DNA of 64,000 bases from Candidatus Sulfomarinibacteraceae bacterium (GCA_963796455.1 CAWCLO010000003.1:96001-160000), one strand, 5' to 3'; positions 19,641 through 30,651 are shown, numbered from the stretch's first letter. Made by a program: numbers and translations. The notes: generated from the letters alone by a model not told the origin.

Positions 19641-20420
19641 ATGGAAGAAGCCAAGAACTTCCCGACCATGATCATCCCGAACGGAACCGATGTCTCGGTC
19701 AACGAGAACGGACAACTTTCGATCCGGACACCGGGGAACCTCGTGATCCAGAATTCGGGTGTGTATTCGGTGATTGAGAGCGGTAACGGTTCCGTCCGTA
19801 TCGACCCAGATGTCAAGGTCGAGGCGGTTTCGGTACAAGCGGCCGAATCCTGCTTCGTTGCCGGCCAGCTGACGGCGTGGCGGGTGCGCGCCCGCACCAT
19901 CACGCTCGAACGGGGCGCCCAGGCCAACATCATGCTTCAGGAGTCCGAATCGCTCGAACTCGATCGCAATGCACGGTTGGTGGGGAACTTCGCCTCCGAA
20001 AAAGAACTCTACCTGACGCTGGGGCGTTTCAGCAGGGAGCTCCGAAACCTCCCGACCGGAGTCTTTTCCGGCGACAGCCCGGCCCGTCCCCTCGCGAGCC
20101 CGCCGGTCATTGAGTCGGTGGCCGGCGAGGGGCTCGACGAGTCTTCGGGCCCAGCTGGGGCCGAAAAAGAACCGACTGTCGAGGAGCGGCAACAAAAGAG
20201 CGAGGTCCTGTCTCTGGTTCGGGTCATCCTCGAGCGGGAAATGGGACGGGTCAGTTCCGACGGGAAGGGCCGCGAGTCGCTCGAGAAACTGCTCGAACTG
20301 GTGCGGAGCAAGGACCTCGATCAACTCCGCGAAAACTACCGCTATCTCATATCCCAGGTTGATTCCCCCACCGAAGAGCTGGAGCGGGCCCAGGACATCA
20401 TCGCAAAAATGGTGAGCTGA
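19641..20420 (+). CDS. Bactofilin-like beta-helix protein with helical C-terminal extension
   Basis: Short alternating beta repeats (VEAVSVQ...FVAGQLTAWRV...LERGAQAN...ARLVGNF); directly downstream of the M23 gene. Confidence 0.55.
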   Translation: MEEAKNFPTMIIPNGTDVSVNENGQLSIRTPGNLVIQNSGVYSVIESGNGSVRIDPDVKVEAVSVQAAESCFVAGQLTAWRVRARTITLERGAQANIMLQESESLELDRNARLVGNFASEKELYLTLGRFSRELRNLPTGVFSGDSPARPLASPPVIESVAGEGLDESSGPAGAEKEPTVEERQQKSEVLSLVRVILEREMGRVSSDGKGRESLEKLLELVRSKDLDQLRENYRYLISQVDSPTEELERAQDIIAKMVS

Positions 20421-20633
20421 CCCGATCGTCACTCCGGGTCGTTTATCGGGTCAATACCCGGTCCAAGTCTGGTTTCCTCGTCCCGTGTAATGGTAATCTG
20501 CGGCCTGACGCTGCGCCATACTCAGCATTAAAGCGGTTTTCGCAGCGCGAGCGGCGATCCAGGGTGTTTTCCATCTACGGGGGATGCCCGGCGATCAATG
20601 CGGAACGAGCGCCCGCAGAGAGGATTCTGAGCC

Positions 20634-21758
20634 ATGAACGAGCCCGGTCGAGCAGAAAGAACACCCCTGTATGAAGAACACCTTGCAGCCGGCGGCCGAA
20701 TGGTCGAGTTCGCCGGTTTCGAGCTGCCCGTTCAATACACCAGCCTGGTCGAAGAGCACCAGGCCGTGCGTCAGCGGGCCGGCCTTTTTGATGTCTCGCA
20801 CATGGGCGAGATCTTTGTCCGCGGCCCAGGCGCCCTCGATTTTGTCCAGCTTGTTTCATGCAACGATCACCAGAAGATGACGGTCGGTCGAGCTCAATAC
20901 ACCGGCCTGATGTATCCCGAAGGCACCTTCGTCGATGACACTCTGGTCCACAAAATGGCTGATGACGAGTACCTGCTCGTGGTCAATGCCGCCAACCGAC
21001 ACAAGGATTTTGCCTACCTCGCGGATCTGGCCCGCGATCGTGACGATGTGGAAGTCACCGACGCCTCGGAGGACTGGGCGCAGATCGCCATACAGGGCCC
21101 TCTGGCAGCCGAGATTCTGCAGCCGCTGTCCGATCAGAATCTCGGCGAAATCAAGTACTACCGATTCGTCAACAGCCAGGTCGCCGGTTCACCGGCCATT
21201 GTCGCCCGCACCGGCTACACCGGCGAGGACGGCTTCGAGGTTTATGTGGCCCCTGACGCCGCACCCGGAGTCTGGCGGGCCCTGCTTGAAGAGGGCCGCC
21301 CGAAGGGACTGCAACCGGCCGGTCTCGGTGCCCGCGACACGCTCCGCTTCGAAGCCGGGATGTGCCTGTACGGAAACGATATCGACCAGAACACGACCCC
21401 GCTCGAGGCCGGGCTGGGCTGGATCGTCAAATTGAAGAACAAGGGTGATTTCATAGGTCGCGACGTCATCGAAAAGCAAAAGGAAGATGGCGTCGAGCGC
21501 AAGTTGACCGGATTCGAGCTCGTCGACCGCGGCATCGCGCGGCACGGATATCCTGTCTTTCTCAAGGAAAACGACGATGACCCGGTCGCCGAGGTCACCT
21601 CCGGCACCCAGAGCCCGACCCTTGGCAAGGCGCTCGGAATGACCTATCTTCCGACGGCGTCGACCGAGATCGGGACCGAGTTCTATGTCAAAATCCGCAA
21701 TCGTCTGGTTCGGGCGCGAGTGGTGGGCCTCCCGTTCTACTCGCGGAAGAAATCCTGA
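20634..21758 (+). CDS. gcvT: Glycine cleavage system T protein
   Basis: LFDVSHMG, VVNAAN, RTGYTGEDGFE, GLGARDTLR. Confidence 0.97.
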   Translation: MNEPGRAERTPLYEEHLAAGGRMVEFAGFELPVQYTSLVEEHQAVRQRAGLFDVSHMGEIFVRGPGALDFVQLVSCNDHQKMTVGRAQYTGLMYPEGTFVDDTLVHKMADDEYLLVVNAANRHKDFAYLADLARDRDDVEVTDASEDWAQIAIQGPLAAEILQPLSDQNLGEIKYYRFVNSQVAGSPAIVARTGYTGEDGFEVYVAPDAAPGVWRALLEEGRPKGLQPAGLGARDTLRFEAGMCLYGNDIDQNTTPLEAGLGWIVKLKNKGDFIGRDVIEKQKEDGVERKLTGFELVDRGIARHGYPVFLKENDDDPVAEVTSGTQSPTLGKALGMTYLPTASTEIGTEFYVKIRNRLVRARVVGLPFYSRKKS

Positions 21759-21791
21759 CGAGTCCGTATTAACCGCAAGGAGGAGTTAACA

Positions 21792-22175
21792 ATGACCGTA
21801 CCGACAAATCTCAAGTTCGCGCGATCCCACGAATGGGCCCGTGTCGATGGCGACACAGTTGTGGTGGGCATCAGCAAATATGCCCAGGATCAGCTGGGTG
21901 AAGTGGTCTATGTGGAGCTACCCGACGTCGGCACCAGTGTCGATGCCGGAGACGAGCTCGGCACTCTCGAATCGGTCAAGGCGGTCTCGGAGTTTCTCTC
22001 GCCGGTTGGCGGCGAGGTCACCGAAATCAACGAGCGCCTCGAGGACGAACCGAATCTGATCAACCTGGCCCCCTACGGTAACGGCTGGCTGGTCAAGCTG
22101 AAGGCGACCGGAGAGAACGGTGAACTTCTCGACGCAGAAGGTTACCAGGCGTTTCTGGAGCAGGAGAACGGCTGA
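21792..22175 (+). CDS. gcvH: Glycine cleavage system H protein
   Basis: SHEW, lipoyl-Lys motif ESVKA, PYGNGW. Confidence 0.97.
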   Translation: MTVPTNLKFARSHEWARVDGDTVVVGISKYAQDQLGEVVYVELPDVGTSVDAGDELGTLESVKAVSEFLSPVGGEVTEINERLEDEPNLINLAPYGNGWLVKLKATGENGELLDAEGYQAFLEQENG

Positions 22176-23534
22176 TGCATCCATGGGTCGGGGCCGGAGA
22201 AGAAGACCGGCGGAAGATACTCTCTGAGCTCGGTCTGACCTCCATCGACCAGCTCTTTGCCACCATTCCGGGCGAGGTCTGCGTCGACAAACTCGATCTG
22301 CCCGATGCCCAGGACGAGGACAGCGTCCGTTTGAAGATGGCGCAAATGGCGATCAGCAACAAGGCAATGGATTGTGCTCCCTGCTTTCTTGGGGCCGGTG
22401 TCTATCGCCACATCCAACCGGCGGTCGTCGACGCGGTGTTGTCCCGGGCAGAGTTCTTCACCTCCTATACCCCCTATCAGCCCGAGATATCTCCAGGGCA
22501 CCCTCCAGGTCATCTTCGAGTTCCAGACCCTGATCAGCCGTCTCACAGGTCTCGATGTGGCCAACGCATCCTTGTATGACGGAGCTACGGCCCTGGTGGA
22601 GGCAATCCTCTTCAGCCACCGCGTTCTGCGCTCGAAGAGAAATGCCGTCCTGGTGGCGGAGACAGTCCACCCGATGTACCGAAGGGTGTTGCAGACCTAC
22701 GCCGAACCAGCCGGTATCGAGATCATCCTGGTGCCGCCGGGTGAGGATGGCGCGATCGATCCCGCTCACATCGATCAAAGTGATCTCGACCGTGCCAGCA
22801 GCGTGGTGATTCAGTCTCCGAATTTTCTCGGTATCGTGGAGGACCTCCCCGGTCTGGCCGAAAGAGCGCACGGCGGAGGCGCACTGGCGGTTCAGATCGT
22901 GACCGAGGCAGTTTCGCTGGGGCTGCTTGCGGGCGGCGGCGACTTCGGTTTCGACGTGGTCTGCGGCGAGGCCCAGTCTTTTGGCGTTGCGCCCGGCTTT
23001 GGCGGGCCCCATCTGGGCTTCTTCGCCTGTTCAGCAAAAAACATCCGCCAGATGCCCGGTCGTCTCGTCGGCGAGTCGATCGACGAGGACGGCCAACGCG
23101 CCTTCTGCCTCACCCTCTCGACCCGGGAGCAACACATCCGGCGCGCCAAAGCGACATCGAATATCTGCACCAACCAGGGACTGATGGCCCTGGCGGCGAC
23201 CATCTGGCTCGAGACCGTCGGCGGCTCCGGTCTGCGCGAGCTCGCGAGTTCCTGTCTGTCGCGCTCCGAAGATCTCAAGCGGAGAATCACCGAACTCGGT
23301 GATCCCTGGCGGCTGGCCTACCCGCAAAGCCCCACATTCAATGAGTTTCTCCTGCTCGGACCAGGTACAGGCACCGAGATCGTGGAGCGACTCGCCGACG
23401 AGGGAATTCTCGGCGGCGTTCCGACCACTTCATGGCAGGGCAGCTGGCCCGATGGTGTTCTGGTGGCGGTCACCGAACGCAACTCAGCGGACGAGATCGA
23501 AGCCCTCGTGGCGGCGCTCGGGAGGCTGTCATGA
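22175..23534 (+). pseudogene. gcvPA: Glycine dehydrogenase subunit 1 with a +1 frameshift near 22491-22493
   Basis: YTPYQPEIS in one frame continues as QGTLQVIFEFQ in another; ATATCTCCAGGGC carries one extra base; may be a sequencing error. Confidence 0.85.
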
Positions 23535-25015
23535 AACGCCGCGCCCTCCGCGACGAACCGCTTTTCTTCGAACGCAACCCGCAGCGCGTGCGGCGGCAGG
23601 GATATCTGATTCCGCCGCTGGATGTTCCCGAAGTGGATCCTCGGGCCGTCCTGCCCGCGAAACTCGTCCGGGAACCCGATCCCCACTTCCCCGATGTCTC
23701 GGAGCTCGAAGTGGTGCAGCATTTCCACCGCCTGAGCCAGCTCAACTACGCGGTCGACGAGGGACTCTACCCCCTCGGCTCGTGCACCATGAAATACAAC
23801 CCGAGAATCAACGAGCAGACGGCTCGTTTCCCCGGTTTTGCTTCACTTCACCCCTTCCAACCGCCTTCCCAGGTCCAGGGCGCGTTGCGCGCGATCTGGG
23901 AGCTCGAGGAAGCACTGAAGACCATCACCGGAATGCCGGGGGTCACGTTGCAGCCGGCCGCGGGCGCTCACGGCGAACTCACCGGCATCCTCATGATCCG
24001 CAAGGCCCTGGAAGCCCGTGGTGAGAACCGTGAAGTGGTCCTCGTCCCCGACTCCGCCCACGGCACAAACCCGGCCACAGCTGTTTTTGCGGGTTTCAGC
24101 TCGGTGGAAATCGCCTCCGCCGACGATGGCACGGTCAGCCTCGAGGTCCTCGACCAGGTCATGGACGAGAACGTCGCGGCCGTCATGCTCACGGTGCCGA
24201 ACACCCTGGGGGTCTTCGAGCACCGCATCGTCGAAATCTCGAAGCTCGTCCATGAGCGCGGCGGTCTGGTCTACGTCGACGGCGCCAACCTCAACTCATT
24301 CGTCGGCCGTGCGCTCCCCGGGCTCATGGGCGCCGACGCCATGCACATCAATCTCCATAAGACCTTTTCGACTCCGCACGGCGGCGGCGGTCCGGGAGCC
24401 GGCCCCGTGACCGTTTCCGAGGCGCTCCTCCCCCACCTGCCGGTGCCGCGCGTGGTTCGCACGGGCGACCGGTTCGATCTCCTGTGGGATGATCCGGAAT
24501 CCATCGGTCCAATGCGGGGCTACTACGGGAATTTCCTGATCCTGATTCGCGCCCTGACCTACATCTGGAGCCTCGGCGCCGATGGATTGCGCGCGATGTC
24601 GGATGTGGCGGTGCTCTACGCCAACCTCGTCCGCCATCGCCTCAAGGACGCCTACCACCTCAAGTACGATGCCCCGAGCATGCACGAGGTCGTCTTCGAC
24701 GACAGCCTGCAGGCGCGGCACGAGGTCCACAACACGGACATCGCCAAACGTCTTCTCGACTACGGCTACCATCCGCCTACCATGTCCTTCCCTCTCATCG
24801 TTCATGGAGCGCTGATGATCGAACCGGCCGAGAGCGCCGCCCCCGAAGAAATTGAATCCTTCTGTGAAGCGATGCTCGAAATCGCGGCCGAGGTCGAAAA
24901 CGACCCCGAGTTGGTTCGCTCAGCCCCGCACGAGACCCCGGTGCGTCGGGTCGACGAGGTTCGCGCCGCGCGCAAATTGATCACCAGGTGGACTCCGGAA
25001 AAAGAGGCTGAATGA
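23531..25015 (+). CDS. gcvPB: Glycine dehydrogenase subunit 2
   Basis: PLGSCTMKYNP, QPAAGAHGE, SAHGTNPA, HINLHKTFSTPHGGGGPG. Confidence 0.96.
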   Translation: MKRRALRDEPLFFERNPQRVRRQGYLIPPLDVPEVDPRAVLPAKLVREPDPHFPDVSELEVVQHFHRLSQLNYAVDEGLYPLGSCTMKYNPRINEQTARFPGFASLHPFQPPSQVQGALRAIWELEEALKTITGMPGVTLQPAAGAHGELTGILMIRKALEARGENREVVLVPDSAHGTNPATAVFAGFSSVEIASADDGTVSLEVLDQVMDENVAAVMLTVPNTLGVFEHRIVEISKLVHERGGLVYVDGANLNSFVGRALPGLMGADAMHINLHKTFSTPHGGGGPGAGPVTVSEALLPHLPVPRVVRTGDRFDLLWDDPESIGPMRGYYGNFLILIRALTYIWSLGADGLRAMSDVAVLYANLVRHRLKDAYHLKYDAPSMHEVVFDDSLQARHEVHNTDIAKRLLDYGYHPPTMSFPLIVHGALMIEPAESAAPEEIESFCEAMLEIAAEVENDPELVRSAPHETPVRRVDEVRAARKLITRWTPEKEAE

Positions 25016-25120
25016 GTTTTGAGTTTTGAGTGTTGAGTTTTGAGTTGAGAACCGTAGTGAGCGAGCTCGCCGGTGGGCGGGCGGAAACTCAAACCTCATA
25101 ACTCAAACCTCAAAACTGAA
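25012..25120. repeat. (TGAGTTT)n ... (AACTCAA)n heptamer inverted repeat between convergent genes
   Basis: Direct inspection; left arm begins at the gcvPB stop. Confidence 0.85.
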
Positions 25121-25408
25121 TCACGACGTGATTCTCAGCCATGGGCCATCGATGCGGCGATCGCGGCAGGACGGACAGCGCCCCGGTGGATGCAGCGCCT
25201 TCTTGCTGAAATCGAAGCCGCAAGCCAGGCATTCGGCAGTTCTGATTTCCAGCCGTTCGCCGCCTGCTTTGACGGAACGATCGATATGCCGGAGATCCTC
25301 TTCGAGAACCTTGACGGTGAGACTGAATTCATGGCGCAGCTCGTCAAACGACCACTCGCGTTCTCGTAACTGCTGGCAGAGGTCCTGCCGGCGGGTGCGC
25401 TGCCTCAT
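25121..25408 (-). CDS. HTH plus Zn-ribbon transcriptional regulator (COG3357-like)
   Basis: TRRQ...EDLRHI...CLACGF...PGRCPSC. Confidence 0.8.
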   Translation of the reverse strand: MRQRTRRQDLCQQLREREWSFDELRHEFSLTVKVLEEDLRHIDRSVKAGGERLEIRTAECLACGFDFSKKALHPPGRCPSCRDRRIDGPWLRITS

Positions 25409-25986
25409 TATTCGTCCGGGTTTTCCTCGAACCATTGCAGGATCGGAACGCCATCGATCCACAACTCCTCGAGCACGCCGAAACCGTTCTTGACTCGAAC
25501 AGTGATCGAAGCATTCCGCTGTCCCCGGGGCCCCCTCCAAACCGCGGCTTCGGCCTTCGGCGCAAGGCCTTCATCCATGTAGTAGCGGGCAAAGGGTGTC
25601 AGCGCAAGCGAAACCCAGCGCATCTCGTCAGCGTCCGAATAGACCCCGCCGCCAAGGAGTTTCAGAAAGGGTCCCTCGTCGGGTGGATCGAGGGAGACCG
25701 GGCCGAAGCCCGCATAGCCCTCACCGTCAACAATGAGAGGCACAAAGACCCACTCGCGGCGACTCAGCTCGAACGACTCAGCCGCCGGCGCCTTGTTTTC
25801 GGCCATCCGGATAGCCACATAGCGGCCGCGGAAGGCATCAACCGGATCCACCGGCTGGATCCGGAAGCGAAAGACCTCGCCCGAACGCAGCGTCGCCTCG
25901 GAGCGCAGGACGGCGCCACCCGCGACGATCAACTGGATTACTGCGACGAAAATGAAGAGCACGACACGGAGAGTGCGCCAATTCAT
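25408..25986 (-). CDS. GDYXXLXY domain protein
   Basis: N-terminal TM, PVDPVDAFRGRYVAI; downstream of DUF2157 gene. Confidence 0.85.
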   Translation of the reverse strand: MNWRTLRVVLFIFVAVIQLIVAGGAVLRSEATLRSGEVFRFRIQPVDPVDAFRGRYVAIRMAENKAPAAESFELSRREWVFVPLIVDGEGYAGFGPVSLDPPDEGPFLKLLGGGVYSDADEMRWVSLALTPFARYYMDEGLAPKAEAAVWRGPRGQRNASITVRVKNGFGVLEELWIDGVPILQWFEENPDE

Positions 25987-27314
25987 TTTCCGCCCTCCTC
26001 ATCCGATCGCATCTTCTTTGCCAGAACGACGTTCGCCAACAAAAAGCCGACGCCGATCAGGATGAAGGCGAGACCGCGGGCGACAAAACCGAGCTCCGAA
26101 GAAAAGAATCTGACAACGACCTGGATCGCGACCACCGACATCCCGAGATTGACCCTCGCCAGACTCTGTTGCCGCGCGCCGAGCGCGATGGTCCCGACCC
26201 CGACCGCAAAAAGCACCAGATTGAAGGCCAGGGCGCCGATCCACTCCTCATCGATGGCGGCGGCGATCGGCCAACTGACGGCCGCCACAGGAATTGACAG
26301 AAGCCACAGAAACTGGAGTTTGTACCGGGAAACATCGAGCCATCGAAAAGCCACGAAAACAGCCGCAACCGGCAAACCGATTGCCAGCGCCACATCCAAC
26401 CACGACGCCATCGAATGATATTGTTCCGCTGTGCGGATGTGATGCCAACCGATATGCTGCCACGGTTCGGCGAAGCTCAGGATCACCCACAGAACCATCG
26501 ATCCCAAGAACCCGACCGCCTCAAGGGGTCTTCTCCACATTCGTTCTTCGCTGTCCCGGACGGCCGCGCCGACAACGATCATGAGGGCGAAGAGACCACA
26601 GTAGACGCCGATCCACAGACCCGGGACCCGGCGCTCCAGACCGATCCCCGTCGCAAAGCAGAGAAAGATGGCCATCGCCCATTGCAGATTTGCCGCTCGC
26701 AGTCCGCGCCGGTCTTCGCGAAGCACCTGGACCGCGTGCGGTATCACCGCGAGGGCCAACGGCCAGATCATGAGCACCTGGGTGCCATCGATCGCCGACA
26801 TCCCCGCCCACCAGGTGAGGATCGCGAGATAGATCATTGCGACCGCCGTCGATCCGAGTAACCACGGCAGCGCGGCCAGCAACCAGGCCCAACGCCACAG
26901 GAAGGAATCGAGATCGCCGCCCGTATGGTAGGTCTGGTCCACAAGAGCGATGGCTGTGGCGACCGACAATGCGAGCAATGTGGCCGTTCCTTCACGCCAC
27001 GCGACCGAATCGACCCGTCGCAACAGCACCCAGACCACAAGCGCCTGCACCGCGATCAGCGGCACGAGCGCAATGGCAGCCCGCGCACCGCGACCGAGGT
27101 ACTCCCAGTTGTGCGCCAGCAGCAGGATGACACCACCCCCGATCAGGAGGGCGCCGAAGACCGCACATACGGCCAGAATCACCCTTTTCCCGACGCTTCC
27201 GGCAGATATCTCATAGTGGGAGCGAAGCCGCTCTGCAACCTCGTTGTCGATGACTTCCTCGGCCTCCAGTTTTGGAAGCTCGGAAAGAAACCAGGAAATA
27301 TTTCGTCGTCCCAT
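25983..27314 (-). CDS. DUF2157 membrane protein
   Basis: GALLIGGGVILLLAHNW; multiple TMs; usual partner of GDYXXLXY. Confidence 0.85.
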   Translation of the reverse strand: MGRRNISWFLSELPKLEAEEVIDNEVAERLRSHYEISAGSVGKRVILAVCAVFGALLIGGGVILLLAHNWEYLGRGARAAIALVPLIAVQALVVWVLLRRVDSVAWREGTATLLALSVATAIALVDQTYHTGGDLDSFLWRWAWLLAALPWLLGSTAVAMIYLAILTWWAGMSAIDGTQVLMIWPLALAVIPHAVQVLREDRRGLRAANLQWAMAIFLCFATGIGLERRVPGLWIGVYCGLFALMIVVGAAVRDSEERMWRRPLEAVGFLGSMVLWVILSFAEPWQHIGWHHIRTAEQYHSMASWLDVALAIGLPVAAVFVAFRWLDVSRYKLQFLWLLSIPVAAVSWPIAAAIDEEWIGALAFNLVLFAVGVGTIALGARQQSLARVNLGMSVVAIQVVVRFFSSELGFVARGLAFILIGVGFLLANVVLAKKMRSDEEGGK

Positions 27315-27381
27315 AAAACCAACCGGGGCGCTGGTCGCCCCGGTTAGAATTATAAACGATTGACAGATATAAATTTAAATC

Positions 27382-30300
27382 TTATCGGACTGGGTTCTCC
27401 GGACGCTCCGGGCGAAGCGGCGGGTTCTTCTCGAGAGCCGCCAGGACTTCGGCGATCGCCCGCTCGAGTTGCGGGTCACCGCCATCCACCATCAAGGACG
27501 GATCATCGATGACTTCGATATCGGGATCGACACCGTAGCCTTCCACGTCCCACTCACCATCAAGGTTGTAGAACGAAAACGTCGGAACGGTCAGACGACC
27601 GCCATCGATCAGGCCCGGTGCTCCGGTGTAACCGATGAGCCCGCCCCAGGTCCGGGTCCCGATCAGGGGGCCGAGACCGGCGGCGCGGAAATAGAACGGG
27701 AATGCGTCGCCACCCGAACCGCTCCAGGAATTGATGAGCATGGTCTTGGGCCCGTGGTGGGCAATGGTCGGGGTCTGCCACTGATTCCCCGCACGCACAC
27801 CCCAGAAGTTGTAGAGCGGCCGATTGAGGAGCTCGATGAAACGATCCGGCACCTGGCCGCCGTTGTTGAAGCGCTCGTCGATGATCAAGCCTTCCTTTGC
27901 AAACTGCGGACGGAACATCCGGTAAAGCTCGGTCTGCCCGCCGACCCCGGTGCTCGGCACATAGATGTAGCCGACCCGGCCATCGGTCGCTACGTCGACC
28001 TTGCGGCGATTGGCTTCGATCCAGGCAAGGTTGCGCAACCGCGACTCGTCGGAGAGTGTCTCGACGAGGACCTCCCGGGCTCCTTCCAGGGTTGGGCCGT
28101 CATTGACCGTGAGGATCACGGTGCTTTCGGCGAACCCTTCGAATGAAGCCCACGGATCCTTGTTCGTGTCGATCGCGACACCGTTGACCGCCAAAATATA
28201 GTCACCCTCGTCGACATCGACACCGGGCTCGGCCAAAGGCGAGCGGACCTCGGTATCCCAGGGCGCTGCAGTCACGATCTTTTTGATTCTGTAGGCCCCG
28301 TCGGCAAGCTCCCAGTCGACCCCGAGGAGGCCACCGCCGCGCCGTGCGCCACGCTCGACGTCACCTCCGCCACGGTAGGAGTGCGAGGTGTTGATTTCGC
28401 CGATGAGCTCGCCAATCACAAAGTTGAGGTCCCAGCGGGTGATCACATCCTCGAGCATGGCGCCATAACGTTCCCGCATGGCCTGCCAGTCAACCCCGTG
28501 CATCTTCGGATCATAGAAGAAATCGCGTTCGAGGCGCCACGCGTCATTGAATAGCTGCTGCCACTCCTGCGGCGGCACGATCGTCATTTTCATCGAGCCG
28601 GTATCGAGCTTTTTGTCCATCTTCTGACTGGCCGCAACCTTGACGATGGCGAATGACCCGCTCGATACCACGAGCAGGCTTTTTCCATCGGCAGAGAGCA
28701 CGTAGTCGTCGATATCATCGAGGATCGACTTTTCTTCACGTTCCTCGAGATCCCAGTAGACAAGAGGCGATTTTTCGTCGTCAGAACCCGTTCGCGGGGC
28801 CCGCTGATACAGCACCTTGCCTTTGACGGCACCGAGACTGTCGTACTGACCCGCATCGGGAGGCAGAACTACCGCCCGGGCTTCAAAGCCATCAAGATCG
28901 ATCACGAGCCTTTTCTTTTCAGCTTCCTTGTCGTCTTTTTCGTCGTTCCCGTCCTTGCCATTTTCGTCGTCGCCCTCACCCTTCTCGTCCTTTTTGTCCC
29001 CCTCCTCGATATCGTTTCGCGGCGCCAGGGGCGATGGCACATCGTCGCGCAGCGGCACGGCGACGAGGTTGGTGGTATTGGCGTAGATCCACGACGGATC
29101 GAGCTCGGCGTAGATCGGGGAGTAACTGGCGTCGGACAAATAGTAGAGATAGTCGCCCTCGGGATCGAAGACCGGCGCATAACACTCGACGAAACCCGCC
29201 GTCACCTGGTGCCGCTCGGATGATTCGGAGTCGTAGAGCATGACCACCGAAAGACGGTTGTCCAGACCTCGAGAATAGGCAAACCAGCGGCTGTCGGAGG
29301 ACCAACTGACCTCGAAAGCGTTGAGGGCGCCCTGGTACATCCAGAGACCCTGGTCCACCGTGGTCACAGTCCCCGTTGCAAAGTCGTAGAGCCGGATAAA
29401 CTGCTCGTTGTCGATGAAAACGATCTTCTTGCTGTCCGGAGACCACATCGGCGAGTAACGATAGCCCGGTCCCATGGAGGTCAGCGTTTTTTCGCCGCCG
29501 CTCCCATCGGCGGGTCGTACGGTGAGTTCATACTCACCACTGCGGTCTGAGAAGTAGGCGATGGAAGTGCCATCCGGCGACCAGGCCGGATAACGCTCCG
29601 CAAAGGCCGAACTGCGGGTCAGATTGCGGACCACACCGTGCTCGGCGGGGAGGCTGAAGACCTCTCCTCGTGCCTCGAGCACCGCCCTCTTGCCACTCGG
29701 AGAGATATCGCCGTTGACCACCCGCTGACCGACCCCGACCGTGCGCGGCCGCAAGGTCGCGCGGTCCGTGATGACCTGAACATCAACCGCTTTTGCGGTT
29801 TCGGTCGCCAGATCCATCACGTAGAGGCGGCCGCCGTTTTCAAAAACCATGTCATCGGGTCCGATCGCCGGGAAATGGGTATCGAAATCGGCAAAATGGG
29901 TCACCTGACGGAACGCGTCGGTCTCCAATTCATATGCCCAGATATTCGCACGCATATTTTTGTCGCGATCGGAAAGAAAATAGAGGGTCGATCCGTGCCA
30001 CATCGGTTGCCCATCGTTGGCATCGTTGCCCGTGATGTTCCGGGACTTTTGATCATCGAGGCCAAAAAGCAAGATTTCGGGCGCCGTCCCGCCCCGGTAG
30101 CGTTTCCAGGTGCGGAAATCGCGTGAGAGCGGTTGGTAGGCAAGCGTCTTCCCATTGGGGGAGATCGCACCGAACTCTCCATATGGCACCGGAAGGACCG
30201 TCGGCAGGCCGCCGTCGATCGATGCGCGATAGAGCTTGTTGAATCTTTGTTTTTCGCTGCTCATCCTGGTCGCGTAGAGCACCGCATCGCCACCCGGGTA

Positions 30301-30651
30301 CCAATCGATCATCCTGTCGACCCCCGGGTGGTGGGTCAGCCGGGACGGCAGACCACCGGTCACCGGCATCGCGTAGACATCGCTGTTGCCGTCGTAGTTT
30401 CCGCTGAAGGCGATCCGGGTGCCATCGGGTGAAAAACGAGGGAAGCTCTCCTCACCCTTCGGGGTGCTCAAACGGTGCGCGATTCCACCTTCTTTGGCCA
30501 CGACCCAGATATCGCCCCCGTAGACAAAGACGATCTGGTCGGCCGATACATCGGGCTGCCGCAGAAGACGGGCGTCGATCTGGGCATCTGCGACGACTGC
30601 CGCCAAACACATGATTCCCAGGACGGCTACAATTCGGAGACTGTGGTGCAT
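27382..30651 (-). CDS. Tricorn protease homolog (S41, beta-propellers + PDZ)
   Basis: PD40-like repeats, PDZ, DERFNNGG, SGSGGD, GTRTWGG. Confidence 0.95.
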   Translation of the reverse strand: MHHSLRIVAVLGIMCLAAVVADAQIDARLLRQPDVSADQIVFVYGGDIWVVAKEGGIAHRLSTPKGEESFPRFSPDGTRIAFSGNYDGNSDVYAMPVTGGLPSRLTHHPGVDRMIDWYPGGDAVLYATRMSSEKQRFNKLYRASIDGGLPTVLPVPYGEFGAISPNGKTLAYQPLSRDFRTWKRYRGGTAPEILLFGLDDQKSRNITGNDANDGQPMWHGSTLYFLSDRDKNMRANIWAYELETDAFRQVTHFADFDTHFPAIGPDDMVFENGGRLYVMDLATETAKAVDVQVITDRATLRPRTVGVGQRVVNGDISPSGKRAVLEARGEVFSLPAEHGVVRNLTRSSAFAERYPAWSPDGTSIAYFSDRSGEYELTVRPADGSGGEKTLTSMGPGYRYSPMWSPDSKKIVFIDNEQFIRLYDFATGTVTTVDQGLWMYQGALNAFEVSWSSDSRWFAYSRGLDNRLSVVMLYDSESSERHQVTAGFVECYAPVFDPEGDYLYYLSDASYSPIYAELDPSWIYANTTNLVAVPLRDDVPSPLAPRNDIEEGDKKDEKGEGDDENGKDGNDEKDDKEAEKKRLVIDLDGFEARAVVLPPDAGQYDSLGAVKGKVLYQRAPRTGSDDEKSPLVYWDLEEREEKSILDDIDDYVLSADGKSLLVVSSGSFAIVKVAASQKMDKKLDTGSMKMTIVPPQEWQQLFNDAWRLERDFFYDPKMHGVDWQAMRERYGAMLEDVITRWDLNFVIGELIGEINTSHSYRGGGDVERGARRGGGLLGVDWELADGAYRIKKIVTAAPWDTEVRSPLAEPGVDVDEGDYILAVNGVAIDTNKDPWASFEGFAESTVILTVNDGPTLEGAREVLVETLSDESRLRNLAWIEANRRKVDVATDGRVGYIYVPSTGVGGQTELYRMFRPQFAKEGLIIDERFNNGGQVPDRFIELLNRPLYNFWGVRAGNQWQTPTIAHHGPKTMLINSWSGSGGDAFPFYFRAAGLGPLIGTRTWGGLIGYTGAPGLIDGGRLTVPTFSFYNLDGEWDVEGYGVDPDIEVIDDPSLMVDGGDPQLERAIAEVLAALEKNPPLRPERPENPVR

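Noticed and set aside
20421..20633. Glycine riboswitch upstream of gcvT
   Set aside because: The conserved GGAGA...CCGAAG...CTCTCAGG aptamer motifs are not visible
22480..22500. Programmed ribosomal frameshift in gcvPA
   Set aside because: No slippery sequence or homopolymer at the junction and no precedent known to me for this gene
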